Assembly: GCA_951804945.1 (NCBI GenBank)
Contig: OX638154.1
Span: 52,266,001-52,330,000 of the forward strand
DNA: 64,000 bases
DNA from: Podarcis cretensis
Taxonomy: Eukaryota
Direction of reading: 5' to 3'
Position 1 is the stretch's first letter. Every line of letters begins with the position of its first letter. The notes below the pieces were generated by a model. The model did not search any database. It saw only the letters and a program-made list of their open reading frames with translations, and was not told where the DNA came from. Position numbers and translations under genes: made by a program. Of this stretch, positions 28,208 to 40,425 are shown in pieces.

Positions 28208-28884
28208 GCCAAGTGGAATGTAAATCCTTAAATAAAAAAATACCTGATACCTGAATTACTAGTTTTGCTAATAATATTTGCATATATTGGTTTATTAATT
28301 CTGCCTATAGTGCACTTCTGAGATTTAGCTCTAGGCAGAAGGTTGGACATTGAAAGGCTTCTGGTCCTTTCAGAATATTGGGTTTGGGGCATGTACCCAT
28401 GTAGTAAGGTGTTAAGTTTTGTTAGAGCCCATTATTTGCCAGAATTACTTCTAGGCATGTGCCAGATTGCTTAACATGGCCTGGAAGTAATTTTTGCAGT
28501 GTAATCTTAGAAGAATTTGGTCCCCAATCAGAGTCAACCTTCCTGTGATTTGCGTATAGTAAAATGCAGCTGTGAGTGAAAGAATTTCCTTAAAAGTGAG
28601 CTGTCATTACAAAAATAACCTAGAATCCACATAAAGGAAAGAACAGCTGAAAAGCGTAAATACTTTGCATAGCTGTGAACAATCAAATACTAAAGGAAGA
28701 ACTCCACTCAACCTGCAGCTGTGACTGAAAAATGCCAAGAGGATGTTGGGTCACATAAAGGAAGGGAAACCCATATGGAAAATATCCTAATGCTCCTGGA
28801 CAATTTGATGGTTCCCTCTTATCTGGGTAATGTCTGCATCGCTGCTCACTTTATCCTTCAAAGGAAATTACTCCGTCGGAGCTT

Positions 28885-29060
28885 GAGAAGGTGATTTCAC
28901 AACCTCCTTGGGCAGCCTGTTCCATCGCTGTAGTGATCTGACAGTTAGGAAAACCTTTCCTAATAGATGACTTAAATCTAAATGCTTTTAATTGAAATCC
29001 TTTGGTCTGTGTCTTATTCCTAAAAGACATGGTGAAGAAAAGTTCTCTCCATCTTGGGAG
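28885..29060 (-). mobile_element. CR1 LINE 3' fragment
   Basis: ACAACCTCCTTGGGCAGCCTGTTCCA...ACAGTTAGGAAA is the reverse complement of the conserved CR1 ORF2 end. Confidence 0.6.
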
Positions 29061-32000
29061 TTGAGGATGGAGGTGGAAACCCACCAGGAATGCCTTTCTG
29101 GGCAACCCTCACTGAAATGAGTTGAAGTTGCATAGCAGTACAGTATTTGTGTGTAATGCCCATTGATTCCAGAGCTGCTGGCTCAGAACCCAAAGTGGAT
29201 CATGCTCTGCATGTGAATCTTTAGATATGGTTACAGGAAATCTAGGACAGGATAAAAATGGCTGATGGTATGCATTTAGTAGATTATTGTTTTACAATAA
29301 ACCTTGAAGAGTGGCAGACAAAAATCTGCCCTTTGATCAGATTTAAATACAACAGAGGATGAGCTCACTTCTCTAGGGTGACCATAGCGTGGAATTTAAA
29401 GCCAGTTTGGACATTTCTGTGAGTGAAAAAGAAAGCAATTCAGGGCTTGAGCAATTAACAGGAAATAAAAAAACTAGTTCCAGGGATGTTTCTAGTGCCT
29501 GATTGGAAGCTGTAGAAAAAAGAAGACAGATTTTTCTGATACTTGTTGCTGCAAGAGTCTGGCACTTTTGTTTGAATGCTTTGCAATTGGACCATGGACT
29601 TCAGTTGAGCCCAGATGTGGTGGCACTCTCCTTGCAGAATTTTATGCGACCTAAATGTATCTCAATCAGTGTTCTGAGCAGGCTTAAGGAAAATGGTAAT
29701 GGTTTAAATAATACGCTCATAATAGCCCTTACACACATGCTTACACATATTCTTACAGTGTCTGGTAGGATCCTTGATCATTGTGGCATAGAATGTAAGC
29801 ACAAGTTCTTCAGTAGCAAAACCCATGAAGAAATGTACTAGCTGTGCAGGACAAGTCAGAGCCTTCTTTGTGGTGGCACCCTATTTGTGGAGTTTTCACT
29901 TATTAACAGCAGATGTGGCAAACCTTCTTAAAGACAAAGGGTTGCATTCCCATCTGTGAAAGCTTCTTGAGGGCCACATGCCAGTGGCAAATGAGGCTAG
30001 AGGCAAATGTGGGCCAAGCAACAAATGTAAATGTTGTCTTTATACCATAAACTAGTTTCTACACACACTGACACACCCACCCTGCTATTCTCTGTCAAGA
30101 CAAGCAAGAGGCATTCTCAGAGTTCAAGGACACATTCCAGCCAGGCAAAGGGTATGAAGCAGGGCCTGTGATGGGTGTTGCCTGGGGAGAGTACTGAGGT
30201 TCAGCCAGAGAAGTCTATAGGGTTTCATTTGGCCCCAGGCCTGAGGTTCCCCACCCACAGCTATGTTAGGCACCTACAGTGTGACCATGTGAACAGCAAG
30301 TGAGGTGTACCTGTTTACTCAAACTTTTTAGGTTTTAAACAACTGACTGATTTAGCTCTCTTCTCCTTTTTAGTTGTCTTTGTTGGTGTAAGAACATATT
30401 TTTTGTTTTACTGCTTTTTAAAAATAAAAGAGGGCTTGGAAGTGTGCCAGGCGTGAATATTCTTGCCTGTATTGGTTCATTGTCTTACTCTGGCAACCAG
30501 GAGGTTGTTTACTAGTCTGCTCCCTGCCAGTCTCATTGGTGGTTCAGGGAGAAAGTCCCACCTACTTGCCCCTCTGCAAACTTGCTCTCTTCTTCCAGTC
30601 ACGTGGCCTTGATTCATATATTGGTGTGTTGCCCTTTTATTTATTTTTCTCTTTCTGCACAGTTCATGCATTTACTGGTTGTTTATAGCGAGGACAAAGG
30701 CTCAGAGTCCCTAAATCAAAAGTGATGCTGGCATAATTATAAGCACAAGCTGGCGTTGCAAAGAGGGCTGCAGGGAGAGGTTGTCAGAAGACGGGAGAAT
30801 CCAAGATATATTAACCTCAAAAATTCCAGCTAATCACTTCTTCAATGTGAGCAATCCATTTTTTGAGATATGATTATTTGGGGACTTTAGTAATAATAAA
30901 TAATTCTAATAGATTACAAAGAGGGAGGGCCTGACACTACATGCTTTTCAAGAATCCTTCCATTGCACTTGCTTAACAACGAACTTTCTCCGGTGTTGCA
31001 GTGGGGTGCTAAGGGAAGCACTTTATTGCCTAGTGGAAAATAGCAGGTTGTGATTGGCCACCTTTTATCTAATGTGGCTCCCGAAGGCTTTCAATCTGCC
31101 ATAAATCCCAGCATGCAGTGTTGCCATTTTGAGCTGAGATGTGTTGCAAGATACAGAATGGTCGTTTCAGATATGTAGCCTGCAGATTCCATCTATGGCC
31201 ACCAGCATTTTTCGGAAGCATCTTTGTCAAACTGATTCAGCCCTGTGCCTCATCCAAGTGTTTTGTTTCCAGCACTATCCAGTCAAACAGCAATGCTAAA
31301 CAGCTGGATTATTGCATTAATCTGCCCCCATTAAAGATCCATGCAAGACTTGTCTGGGAAGGAAATGGAGAAGTGTGCGTAGGAACAAAACTGCTGCTAA
31401 TATCAACTTCATACTCGGTTTTACATCAGCCTTCAGTACATGTACCAACATGTGACTATTGACATCCCCAGTTTTGCTCATAAATTGATACAAGCATCCT
31501 TTTGAAGCAGAAAGGGTTAATTGACAGAGTTGGGAATGAAGCTGTATCTCTTCTTATCGAGTGTAGTGGGATCTCTGCTGAAGGGCTGATGTGGAATGTG
31601 GACTCTTAATGCAGGGAAACGTCCTTCCTGCACATTATTAGGGCAATAACTTGGGACTCCTAGATTAGAGGAACTTTAGTGAGCTCTGTCACAGGCACTG
31701 TCGTGTCAGAAAGGCACTTCTATTACAGGCGTTGGGTTACCCAGATCTCTTTGCGGGCAAATAGTGCTGAATCTCACTTCTGAACCTAGATAGGTCTCTG
31801 AAGGAAGCAGAAAAGAGCATAGAACATCAACAGTTTTAGTCACAGGTCCTGCTTGAGGGAAACACGACACATAGCCAGGGGAATAGGTCCTCGTGGTAGC
31901 CAAAACCAGCACCGTTTATCAGAGTCCTGCATTTTGTAGCCTTAGAGTTCTGTCAAACTTGATTGCACAAAAAATCTTGCAAGATTTGAGAATGCCTGCT

Positions 32001-33010
32001 CTTCTTAGCTGCCTGTGCTTTTGGCTGCCGAGGTGAGTGGAGCATTGGGCCTTCCTGTTGCCGTTGAGACAGCCAGGCTAACGGAGCCTACCTAACAGAT
32101 TATCAGCGCCCTGTGAGTAATAGACTCCTCATTTACTTTTAATACATTTTGCATAGAGAGCAATCAACCTTCATCAGTCTTAAAGATGAATTGGCTTAGC
32201 CAGCTAAATTTTAAAGATATTAGTTCGACAGCAGCCGCATAAATCATAACGTTTTCTTAATGACGGTAAAATTAAAATATACTCTTGCTTGAAGAAGCCA
32301 ATGGAGCTTTCATGTTCACAGGCCAAATCCTCCCCCAAAATTAAAGGAAAGCTTAATTGATGTTCTCTAAAGCCGAGTAAACTCAAAACAGTCCCGCTTC
32401 TCCTGAGTTGGCCTCGTATTTCTTCTGCGGTCTATTGGTAGATCTAAATCCATCCAGACTGCTTCTGTCCCTTTCTATTCTTGAAGCTGCCAATATATCA
32501 GGCCAAAACATAGCAAGGCAATAATCCTGGCTGTTTAAAGACTCTGGGTCCAGCTGTCAGCCCTTCCTCGCTTGTCATTGATGGAGCTCTGATTGACACA
32601 TGAAGGAGATCCTCCTTATTTCCTTCTGCTAGTATATAGAAGACAGCATATCTGGAGCTGCGATTAGCAGGGAGGAGTGAGCTAGAAACCTAACAAAGCT
32701 CTTTCAGATAGGAAAGGTGCTTATTCTGAATGGAAAGCATCACATGGCTTCCCCCCAGATCTCAGCCATACAAGTGTTGTTCTACTGGCTAGAAAACCTA
32801 TATAGTGAGATGGTAGATTTTCTAAGGATACATGAAGAGCCTCAAAACAGGATGTGATGAAATAGTGTTGCCTTGTGAGGAGATGCTGTTCTCTTAAGCA
32901 GGGTACCATGTGTTAAGAATCTAATCTTCCATGTTTTATTGTTGACCCTTGTTGGCATCTTCAGAATCCCATTAGACATCTCATTCTGGCTACTTCCACA
33001 TACTCTAAGG

Positions 33011-33146
33011 CAGGGTTTCTCAAACTTGGGTCTCCAGCTGTTGTTGGACTACAACTCCCATCATCCCTAGCTAGCAGGACCAGTGGTCAGGGGTGATGGG
33101 AATTGTAGTCCAAAAGCAGCTTGAGGCCCAAGTTTAGGAAACCCTG
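33011..33146. mobile_element. Palindromic non-autonomous hAT MITE (136 bp)
   Basis: TIR CAGGGTTTC...GAAACCCTG; perfect TSD CTCTAAGG at 33003-33010 and 33147-33154. Confidence 0.88.
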
Positions 33147-34719
33147 CTCTAAGGGAACCTCTGCCTGCCCTTTGCGGATTTGGGAATTCTTCACAATCCC
33201 CATTTCTGGCCTGAAGTTCTGAGAACCTACTGCAAAGGGATGGGCACTATGGAGGGTAGTAATGACTAAGAGAAGGCAAAAATTATTGTTGCCTCATGAG
33301 AATTCTGATAGTGCCTACCTGAAACCAGGCCTCTGATTGGCTTACCTTGGCAGCCAGTAGAAATCTGTTTCCCTCTCACCACTGCAGTTGATCCCTTCAC
33401 TTGTAGGTGAGGCTGATTTATGTGAGTATCTGTGCTGCGTCTTTCCTGATTTTAGGCTGATTGTTTTTCACAAGATGGTTATAACCATGCTGTGATTGTC
33501 CATGAGGTTGGCAGCCTTGGTGGTGTGTCCCAGCAGTATTTGTCAATGCAGAGAGACGCTTTACATGATATAATCCTCCTGCGAGTTGGTAATGCGAATC
33601 TGCTCTAAATTATTTAACTGGTCAGAGGCTGGAAGCAACTGGGAAGTTTTTCCAGTTTCCGGCTCCCAGTATCTTCATGACTTGGAAGTGGCCCTTTGAG
33701 AGAGGCTAATATCTATATTTCCTATTGAAAAATCAAGGAGCACTGACCTGATACTGGAAACTGAGCAGTGGTGCAAGGATCAACTTTCTGCTTGTGTAAG
33801 AAAAGGGCAAAAGGCAGGAATGGAAAGAGGCAGGTATCCAAACTTGATGCCCTTCCAGGTAGTCCTTGTTATACTTGGGTTTTTGGAAGCCCAAAGGTAT
33901 GTTTGAAGGCCATTAGCTTGGCTAGTTTTCCCTGCATGCTCAAGTCCCCTTTTCCCACTTGAAATTGTGCTTGAGTTCTTTGTACTTTTCCTTAGCTGCT
34001 TGTTCTGAGTTGCTCCTGCCTGTAGGGTTGTAGTGAGGGTGGTTTGGGTTTTTTTTTTTGAGCTAAGCGTGATCTCATGCCCAGCTTGGGTTCCCTGCCC
34101 CTGCCTAATACTTCCCTGCTCCCCATACCCCCCTCAGCTCCACTGTGAATGTGTGTTCACACTTCTGCCAATTGAGTTAGTGTGTGTGCTCTTTGTGCCT
34201 CTTTGCGTCTTTTGTTAGAAAACTGGCTCTGTAAATGAATCCCACGGCTCTGGGCTCGGCAGGTAAAGGGAGAAGGAAGTCTGTTAGTGCACGAGTCTAA
34301 TCAGGCTGGCAAGAGCAAGTAAAGTAGGGCAGCATCGCACATTAGCTGCTGTGTAATTGAGCTCTTTGATGGGCAGGGCACTGCGGGAGAGGGTTCGAAG
34401 CGGAGCAGAACTTTTGTTGTTAATTCAGTTGCACATGGAAGCTGTAAAGCTGTGCATCTCCGCATCTTGGCACCGGGAGGAACTGAAAAGCCCTTGCGAC
34501 CAGGCTTTTCAGTCCCTGCCCTTGGCCCTCGTCTGCAAACTTTCAGGCCTTCTTTCTGCCTCCCTCTCCCAGCACTTGATTTCCCTTTTCTCTCTTTCTT
34601 TCTTTGGCTCGCTTTTTTCCCCGTGCACTATAAAAAGCAAAGCTCCCTTGCCGTTTGAACTAGGCGGCTGTGAGTGAGGGCTAGCTCAGAGCTGTGTGGC
34701 TGTTACCTTTGTATTCCAG

Positions 34720-34792
34720 ATGAAACTGCCGAGCTCCGTGGGACAGAAGAAGATTAAAGCCTTGGAGCAGATGCTGATGGAACTCGGAGTAG
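34720..34792 (+). CDS. DMAP1: DMAP1 coding exon 8 (MKLPSSVGQKKIKALEQMLMELGV)
   Basis: ttccAG at 34718-34719, GTGAGT at 34793; 73 nt. Confidence 0.96.
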
Positions 34793-35424
34793 GTGAGTAA
34801 AGAGGGCAGGTAGAGAGAGAGAGAGACCCATGGAGCAAAGCCTTTGTAGTCGAGAGGGGCTATTTTTCCCCCCAAGTAATACAGCCAGTTCCTTGAATAA
34901 CACTATGTGAATGGGTTTGAAAATAAGATCTTATGTGTTTTGTTAAAAAAAAGAAGCAGCAGCAGAGGGGTAAAAGCCAGAAGATGATGCACAAGAATAT
35001 CCCCCCTCAAAAAATTCCTCCCAGTCAAAAAGTATTTGAACAGAGTCTTTTGTCTCTTTCTCTCTTGTTTGGGTTCTTTAAGCCATCGAGAGTGACAGCC
35101 CAGTATTAAGGAGGCAAATCTCTTCGTGCAGGGAGAGGTACTGTGAAAGGGGTTAGTGGCCATTGTCTGTGAGACTCTGCCTGGCTTTTGTGCTTCCTTG
35201 TTGCTCCTCTTCTGGATGGGTCCCACGCGACCTGTGTGGGGATATGCCTGGCCTGCACTTTTTGGCTAAGGGGCAAAATACAACCCCCCCCCCCGCCTTT
35301 CCGGCGTAGGGGAGGCAGTGGACTCCCTGGATTCAGCGAGAACAGTAATGCTTGGCTTCAGTGGCTTGCTCAGGTTGTGTACTAACGGGGTTGCTCCTCC
35401 TTTGAAGAGGAGCTTCTTCTAGAC

Positions 35425-35555
35425 CATCCCAACCTTGGGTCTCCAGCTGTTTTGGGACTACAACACCCATCATCCCTAGCTAGCAAGACCAGTGGTCCGG
35501 GACGATGGGAACTGTAGTCCAAAAACAGCTGGAGACCCAAGATTGCAAAATACTG
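35425..35555. mobile_element. hAT MITE, same family as 33011-33146
   Basis: Same internal sequence; 7/8 TSD TTCTAGAC / ATCTAGAC; left TIR partly deleted. Confidence 0.82.
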
Positions 35556-35798
35556 ATCTAGACTGTCCTCACATCCCTGGCTTGACACAGCAGTGAAGGC
35601 TTGGCTGGCAGTGAGTCTGATGCAGGCAAAACTTCCCAGTTGTGCTACATCTGAGTTAATAAAGGACTTGACTTTTTAATGCTTTCTGCTTTAGCCAGTT
35701 TGGACTGAACCAAGACCTACAGAGGAGCATTGGAGCAGTCTGCAGCTGGCAAGGGACAGAGTTCCCTTGCTTAACTTTCTTCCTTTCGCCTCCTCCAG

Positions 35799-36082
35799 AC
35801 CTGAGTCCGATGCCAACAGAGGAGATTGTCCAGATGTTCAACGAGTTGCGCAGTGATCTGGTGCTGCTGTATGAGCTCAAGCAAGCATTTGCAAACTGTG
35901 AATATGAGCTGCAGATGTTGCGGCACCGCTATGAGGCATTGGCCAAAGCGGGTAGCACAGGGCCCAGCACAGATGGTGGCTCACATGCTGATGGACAGTC
36001 AGGCTTGTGCACTGAAGAGAGCAAGGGTGACGCAAAGGAGCAGATCATTGATGTGGTGGGGGCTCCCCTCACACCCAATTCG
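35799..36082 (+). CDS. DMAP1: DMAP1 coding exon 9 (DLSPMPTEEIVQMFNELRSDLVLLYELKQ...IIDVVGAPLTPNS)
   Basis: tcctccAG at 35797-35798, GTGAGT at 36083; 284 nt. Confidence 0.96.
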
Positions 36083-36154
36083 GTGAGTAGATATTGATGT
36101 TGGCATGCCCTTGCACCCCTTTAGGCCTGCTTGAAAAAATAACACTGCAAACCA

Positions 36155-36425
36155 AGAATCATAGAATTGTAGAGACCCAAGGGTCATCTAGTCCAACTCT
36201 CTGCAATGAAGGACTGAACTAAAGCATGCATAACCATCCAATCTCTGCTTTAGAACCTCAGAGAGTCCACCACATCTTGTGAGGGTCTGTTCCACGGTCA
36301 AACAGCTCTTACTGTCAGAAAGTTCTTCCTGATGCTTAGTCAGAATCTCCTTTCTTGTAACTTGAAGCCAGTGGTTCAAGTGCTACCCTTCAGAGCAGGA
36401 GAAAACAAGCTTGCTCCATCTCCTC
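36155..36425 (-). mobile_element. CR1 LINE 3' end
   Basis: Starts AGAATCATAGAAT (reverse complement of the CR1 (ATTCTRTG)n tail), then GGTCATCTAGTCCAAC and the ORF2 C-terminal remnant. Confidence 0.78.
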
Positions 36426-37574
36426 TCAGTAAGGGAGAGCCTCTCTCTTTCCGCTCCATGGTTCTATGCCCAAGAAAGTTTTTTCCAGTGGAGTAAATGG
36501 GATTAATGCAATGACTTGTGCTTAACATGGATATGATCAGGTCATTAGTCAGCTGGCCACCAAACCCTTCTTGCTTCCTTGCATAATGGCTGTCCCAGTA
36601 TGTTGGCACAGCAGTGTGTCAGGATGTTTTTTTAAAAAAAAAAATTACTTCTTTTTTTGATATTCAAGTAACTTTCTCTGTAAGCTCTAAAGGTGACATG
36701 GAGTTTTGAGTAACCACTCATTCTTAGAGGCTTCTCCTACTGAATGGGCTTCACCATACTATTGAGCCCCACATCTCTGTGTCATAAATTCTCACCTGCT
36801 TTGGGGGGCAGGGTCAGCAAGCCTCAGCAGCAGGCCAGTTCAGAATCCTTTTCTTCCTCTAGAGAGTTTTCACTGACTTGTGTCTGTTTGCAAAACATTG
36901 CACTTATGTTTCCCTAGTGCTGTTCTTTTCCAACTCCATGCTTGGAATAGGAACAAAAAGAATGAAGGCAGCACCAGGAGGGTTAATGTGACCTGGGCTC
37001 TGACATATTTGAAAGAAATATAATCAAGTTAATTCACTGCAAGGCAAATTTGGTACCTAAAGGGCCCCCCTGTTAAATACAGCTCTGACCTTTACCGGCT
37101 GGTTACACAAAGACGACACAATTAGATTAGTCCAAGACAAAAGGTCAAGCGCATTCACACTGTGACCACTTTATGCTGTCTTTGGAGGGGAAAGAAATTC
37201 CACCCAGCAGGAGGGGGGCATCTCAGGGAGGTTCACTGTTGCTGCCAAGATGGAGGGGAGGGGCATAAGTATGTGGGGGAGTGGTGTCATTGGGGTGTGT
37301 GTGGAATGACACTGCTGCCAATCAGAGAAGCTGCCCCACTTTCGATGGAGTGTGTGTCTCTCCCCCTGCCTTTCAGGGAGCTGATCCTGCTGCTGTGGGA
37401 GTTATTTGGGCATAGACCCATTCTGCTCCATGACTAAAGCATCCGGAGTATTTTTCCTACTGCCTGTCTCTATGTATATGACACCACCTGAGTGAACAAG
37501 TGGACATTGGCTTAAACAGGTGGTCAGTGAGCGATAATTTTCTGCAATTCTCACGTGGGAGCCATTGTTGTTGT

Positions 37575-37720
37575 TGTGGCTAGATTATTGGGGTTGAACA
37601 TGGGAAGCCTGGGTTCAAATCACTATTTGGCTATGAAGCTGAGTGACCTGTGCAAGGCAGCATTTCTCAGGCTGGTCTACCACATAGAATTGTTGCTAGG
37701 CTAAATTGTCATTCTGAGCT
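37575..37720 (+). mobile_element. Ancient tRNA-derived SINE remnant (MIR/CORE-like)
   Basis: B box GGTTCAAATC followed by a decayed GTGACC...GCAAG core-like sequence. Confidence 0.5.
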
Positions 37721-40365
37721 CCTGTGTGGGAAAGTGTAACAAATAAAATACTCTCTAAATGCTTGCAGCTCCAGTGGTGTGGCCTTTCCCCAATCCATGA
37801 TATGCAGAAAAGACAAGAGCACAGAACAAGCCCGGCACTGACACGCAGAATGAAGTCTATTAGACTTCACCATGGCAGCCAGGGTGATTCTGTAGACTAG
37901 AGAACACATAAAATATCATGCCTGTCTCCAACAGCTCTTGTTAAGTTGCCTGGCATGGAGCTACTATGTATGTGGAGAAACACATCTTGGCTTCATGTTT
38001 CACCATATTCTCTGCATATTAAAAAGTGTCTTCTTTGGTATTTTCCAAAAGTTCTAGCTTTCAGTTTTCTGCTCCCTCTCCTGACAGCACCTCCTTCCCA
38101 CTAATGAATTTGGAATCCTCCCCACTGTATCCTGCATTAGCAACAAGCCCACCCACCACATGCTCTCTCATCCCAAATAATATATACAGGCATTTGAACC
38201 ACCTGTGAATGGCAACCAAATTGCTGGTCATTGGTGTGGACCTGAAAGACTACACAGGAACCTTAGAGGAGCAATTGTTCCTTCCCCAAAGCTTCTTCAA
38301 TATTTCACTTGGGGTGCTAGCTCTGTTACAATGGAAAGTGGACTCTTTTTTGTAATTCTGTAGGAGAGATGGTCTAGTATTCAAGCATCTGCACGTGACA
38401 CCACTAGGCTTTTAGTGCTACATTTCCCTCTCACCGCAGGCTGGAAAAAAATAGAAGAGAATATCCACCTTCATAGGCTCAGCTTTTGGCCATTGGACTG
38501 CCAGCCCAGTGCACCCCAGCCTTGGTTAGTCTGCTGTGGGCATGTCATGATGCCCACTGCTGGCAGCCCACAGTGAAGGGAGCCTTCTCCCCACCCCCAC
38601 CCCAGAGCATTGCTCTGCTGACCCAGGAGGGACGCTACTCTGGGCCTTTGCAGGGTGAAAGGTGAGTATAACTTGGGAACAAATTAGTTCCAAGCAGAAG
38701 TGCAGCCAGTTACTCCAGATTAGAGCCTTTGATTTGTGCGACTCAGACTCCACTCGCCCATCCATAATGAGTTGACTCTCCTCAGAATTCCTCACATCAG
38801 CGCACTTTGTTCCTGGGCTCACAAGTCAGCCCATTAATGGGGAAAGGAAAGGACCTTGCCTCTAAGAAGTCTCAGGTTCAGAGTCAGAATCATTTGACTT
38901 TTAAGCTGCCTTTATCTGAACTCCTGCCGGCTCCTTGTTTTCTGAGCCTGCTTGAAAGTGAGAAGTTACATTGTTAACATCAAACATCCTTCCTTCCAGA
39001 TGGAGTTAGAAAGCTCGCTTGCGCGTCTATATAAATGTGTATCTGTATCATGATACGTGTGTGTTTTATAATATATATTTTCTCATTTTAAAATCATTCC
39101 TTTCCATTAACAGGGAGCCAGGTTCCCAGGCTCTTGTAAATTACAATGTAGAACATTTTTCCTAACCAGACACTTTCCGTTTTTGCCCACGGCGACGGGC
39201 AGAGCCAAGCTAGGGAAGGTGATTAATATGAATTTGTGACATATTTGAAAGATGGCTCTTTTGCCATATAAAGATTATCAAACACATGCGCTCATCCCCA
39301 TTAATTCGGCAGTCTCCCTGGGAAGCTCTCGGGCCCCCACTCCTTTGTTTCCAGGTTGGGCTGGCTGCTTTAAATGTACCTTTGCTCCTAATTTCCCAAA
39401 ATTCTGGGTATTGTTTTTCACAGGGTGCCAGTTAACAAAGTGGTGCGCTTTCCCCGCTAATCAAAGCCACTGAAGGCAGTTAGGCATGCATTTTCTGCCA
39501 TGGAGATAGTTGCATCCCCAAGAAGTGTGGGGGCTTCATTATTAATACAGGCTCTCAATCATTTATGCCTGAAACATTTAAAACAAGGAAAGGTGGTGGA
39601 TGGCAGCCTGTGGTTCCCAAGAGGGCTTATTTTAATTTCTTTCCTCCATTCACCGTGGACCTGGAAAAGGAAATGGTGGTGGGTGTGTTTGTTTGTTTGT
39701 TTAAATGCCTTTCACTTCCTGCATTGGCTTTAAACTGCCAATGTTGCTTGATAATTTCGGTGGATCATTTCTCTTTTCTCTGCATTGCACTCTCTCTCCC
39801 AGTTGATCTGTTGAGGAAACTTCAGGCACATTTAGTACAATTTGCAGACATCCCAACTCTTTGCTAAGTTTTCACTGTGTGCCCTTGGGAGGGGCCTGTG
39901 ACTGATTTAGGGGTCATGCATCAGCCAGTGGAATCTGCTAATCCCGTTAAATGCTAATTCACAAGATTCAGGCAGGCTTGTGGTTACCTCTACTCCTTCC
40001 CTTTATGTGTCAAACCTAGAAATACTGGCTCCGGAAAGGTCTGCACCATACCAGGGGGTTTGTATTGGAACTTTCATCCTCTTTCCATCCCTTCCTTAGT
40101 TTTGTCACTAGAGTCATTTATAAGACCATTTTATGGTGAAAAAACAAGCTTAATGTTGTGCCCCAAAGTTCCTCCAGAGCTTTTAAGTACCAGGCCTGGT
40201 CCAGAGTCTTCTCAGGTGTTGTGTGGTGGTTTTCTTCCTGAATTCCTTGTCTGGACACACCCGATACCTTGGGTTCTAGAAAAGGGTTTGTGTTGCATCT
40301 AGCACTGAACTGGATGGTCTGACCTCTTGTTAACACCTGTCTTTCATTTCTGCTTCTTGGAACAG

Positions 40366-40425
40366 AGAAAGCGCAGGGAATCTGCTTCCAGTTCATCGTC
40401 TGTCAAAAAAGTGAAAAAGCCATGA
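40366..40425 (+). CDS. DMAP1: DMAP1 last coding exon (RKRRESASSSSSVKKVKKP*)
   Basis: aacAG at 40364-40365; TGA at 40423-40425; matches the DMAP1 C-terminus. Summed CDS is 1392 nt = 463 aa + stop. Confidence 0.96.
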   Translation, partial: RKRRESASSSSSVKKVKKP

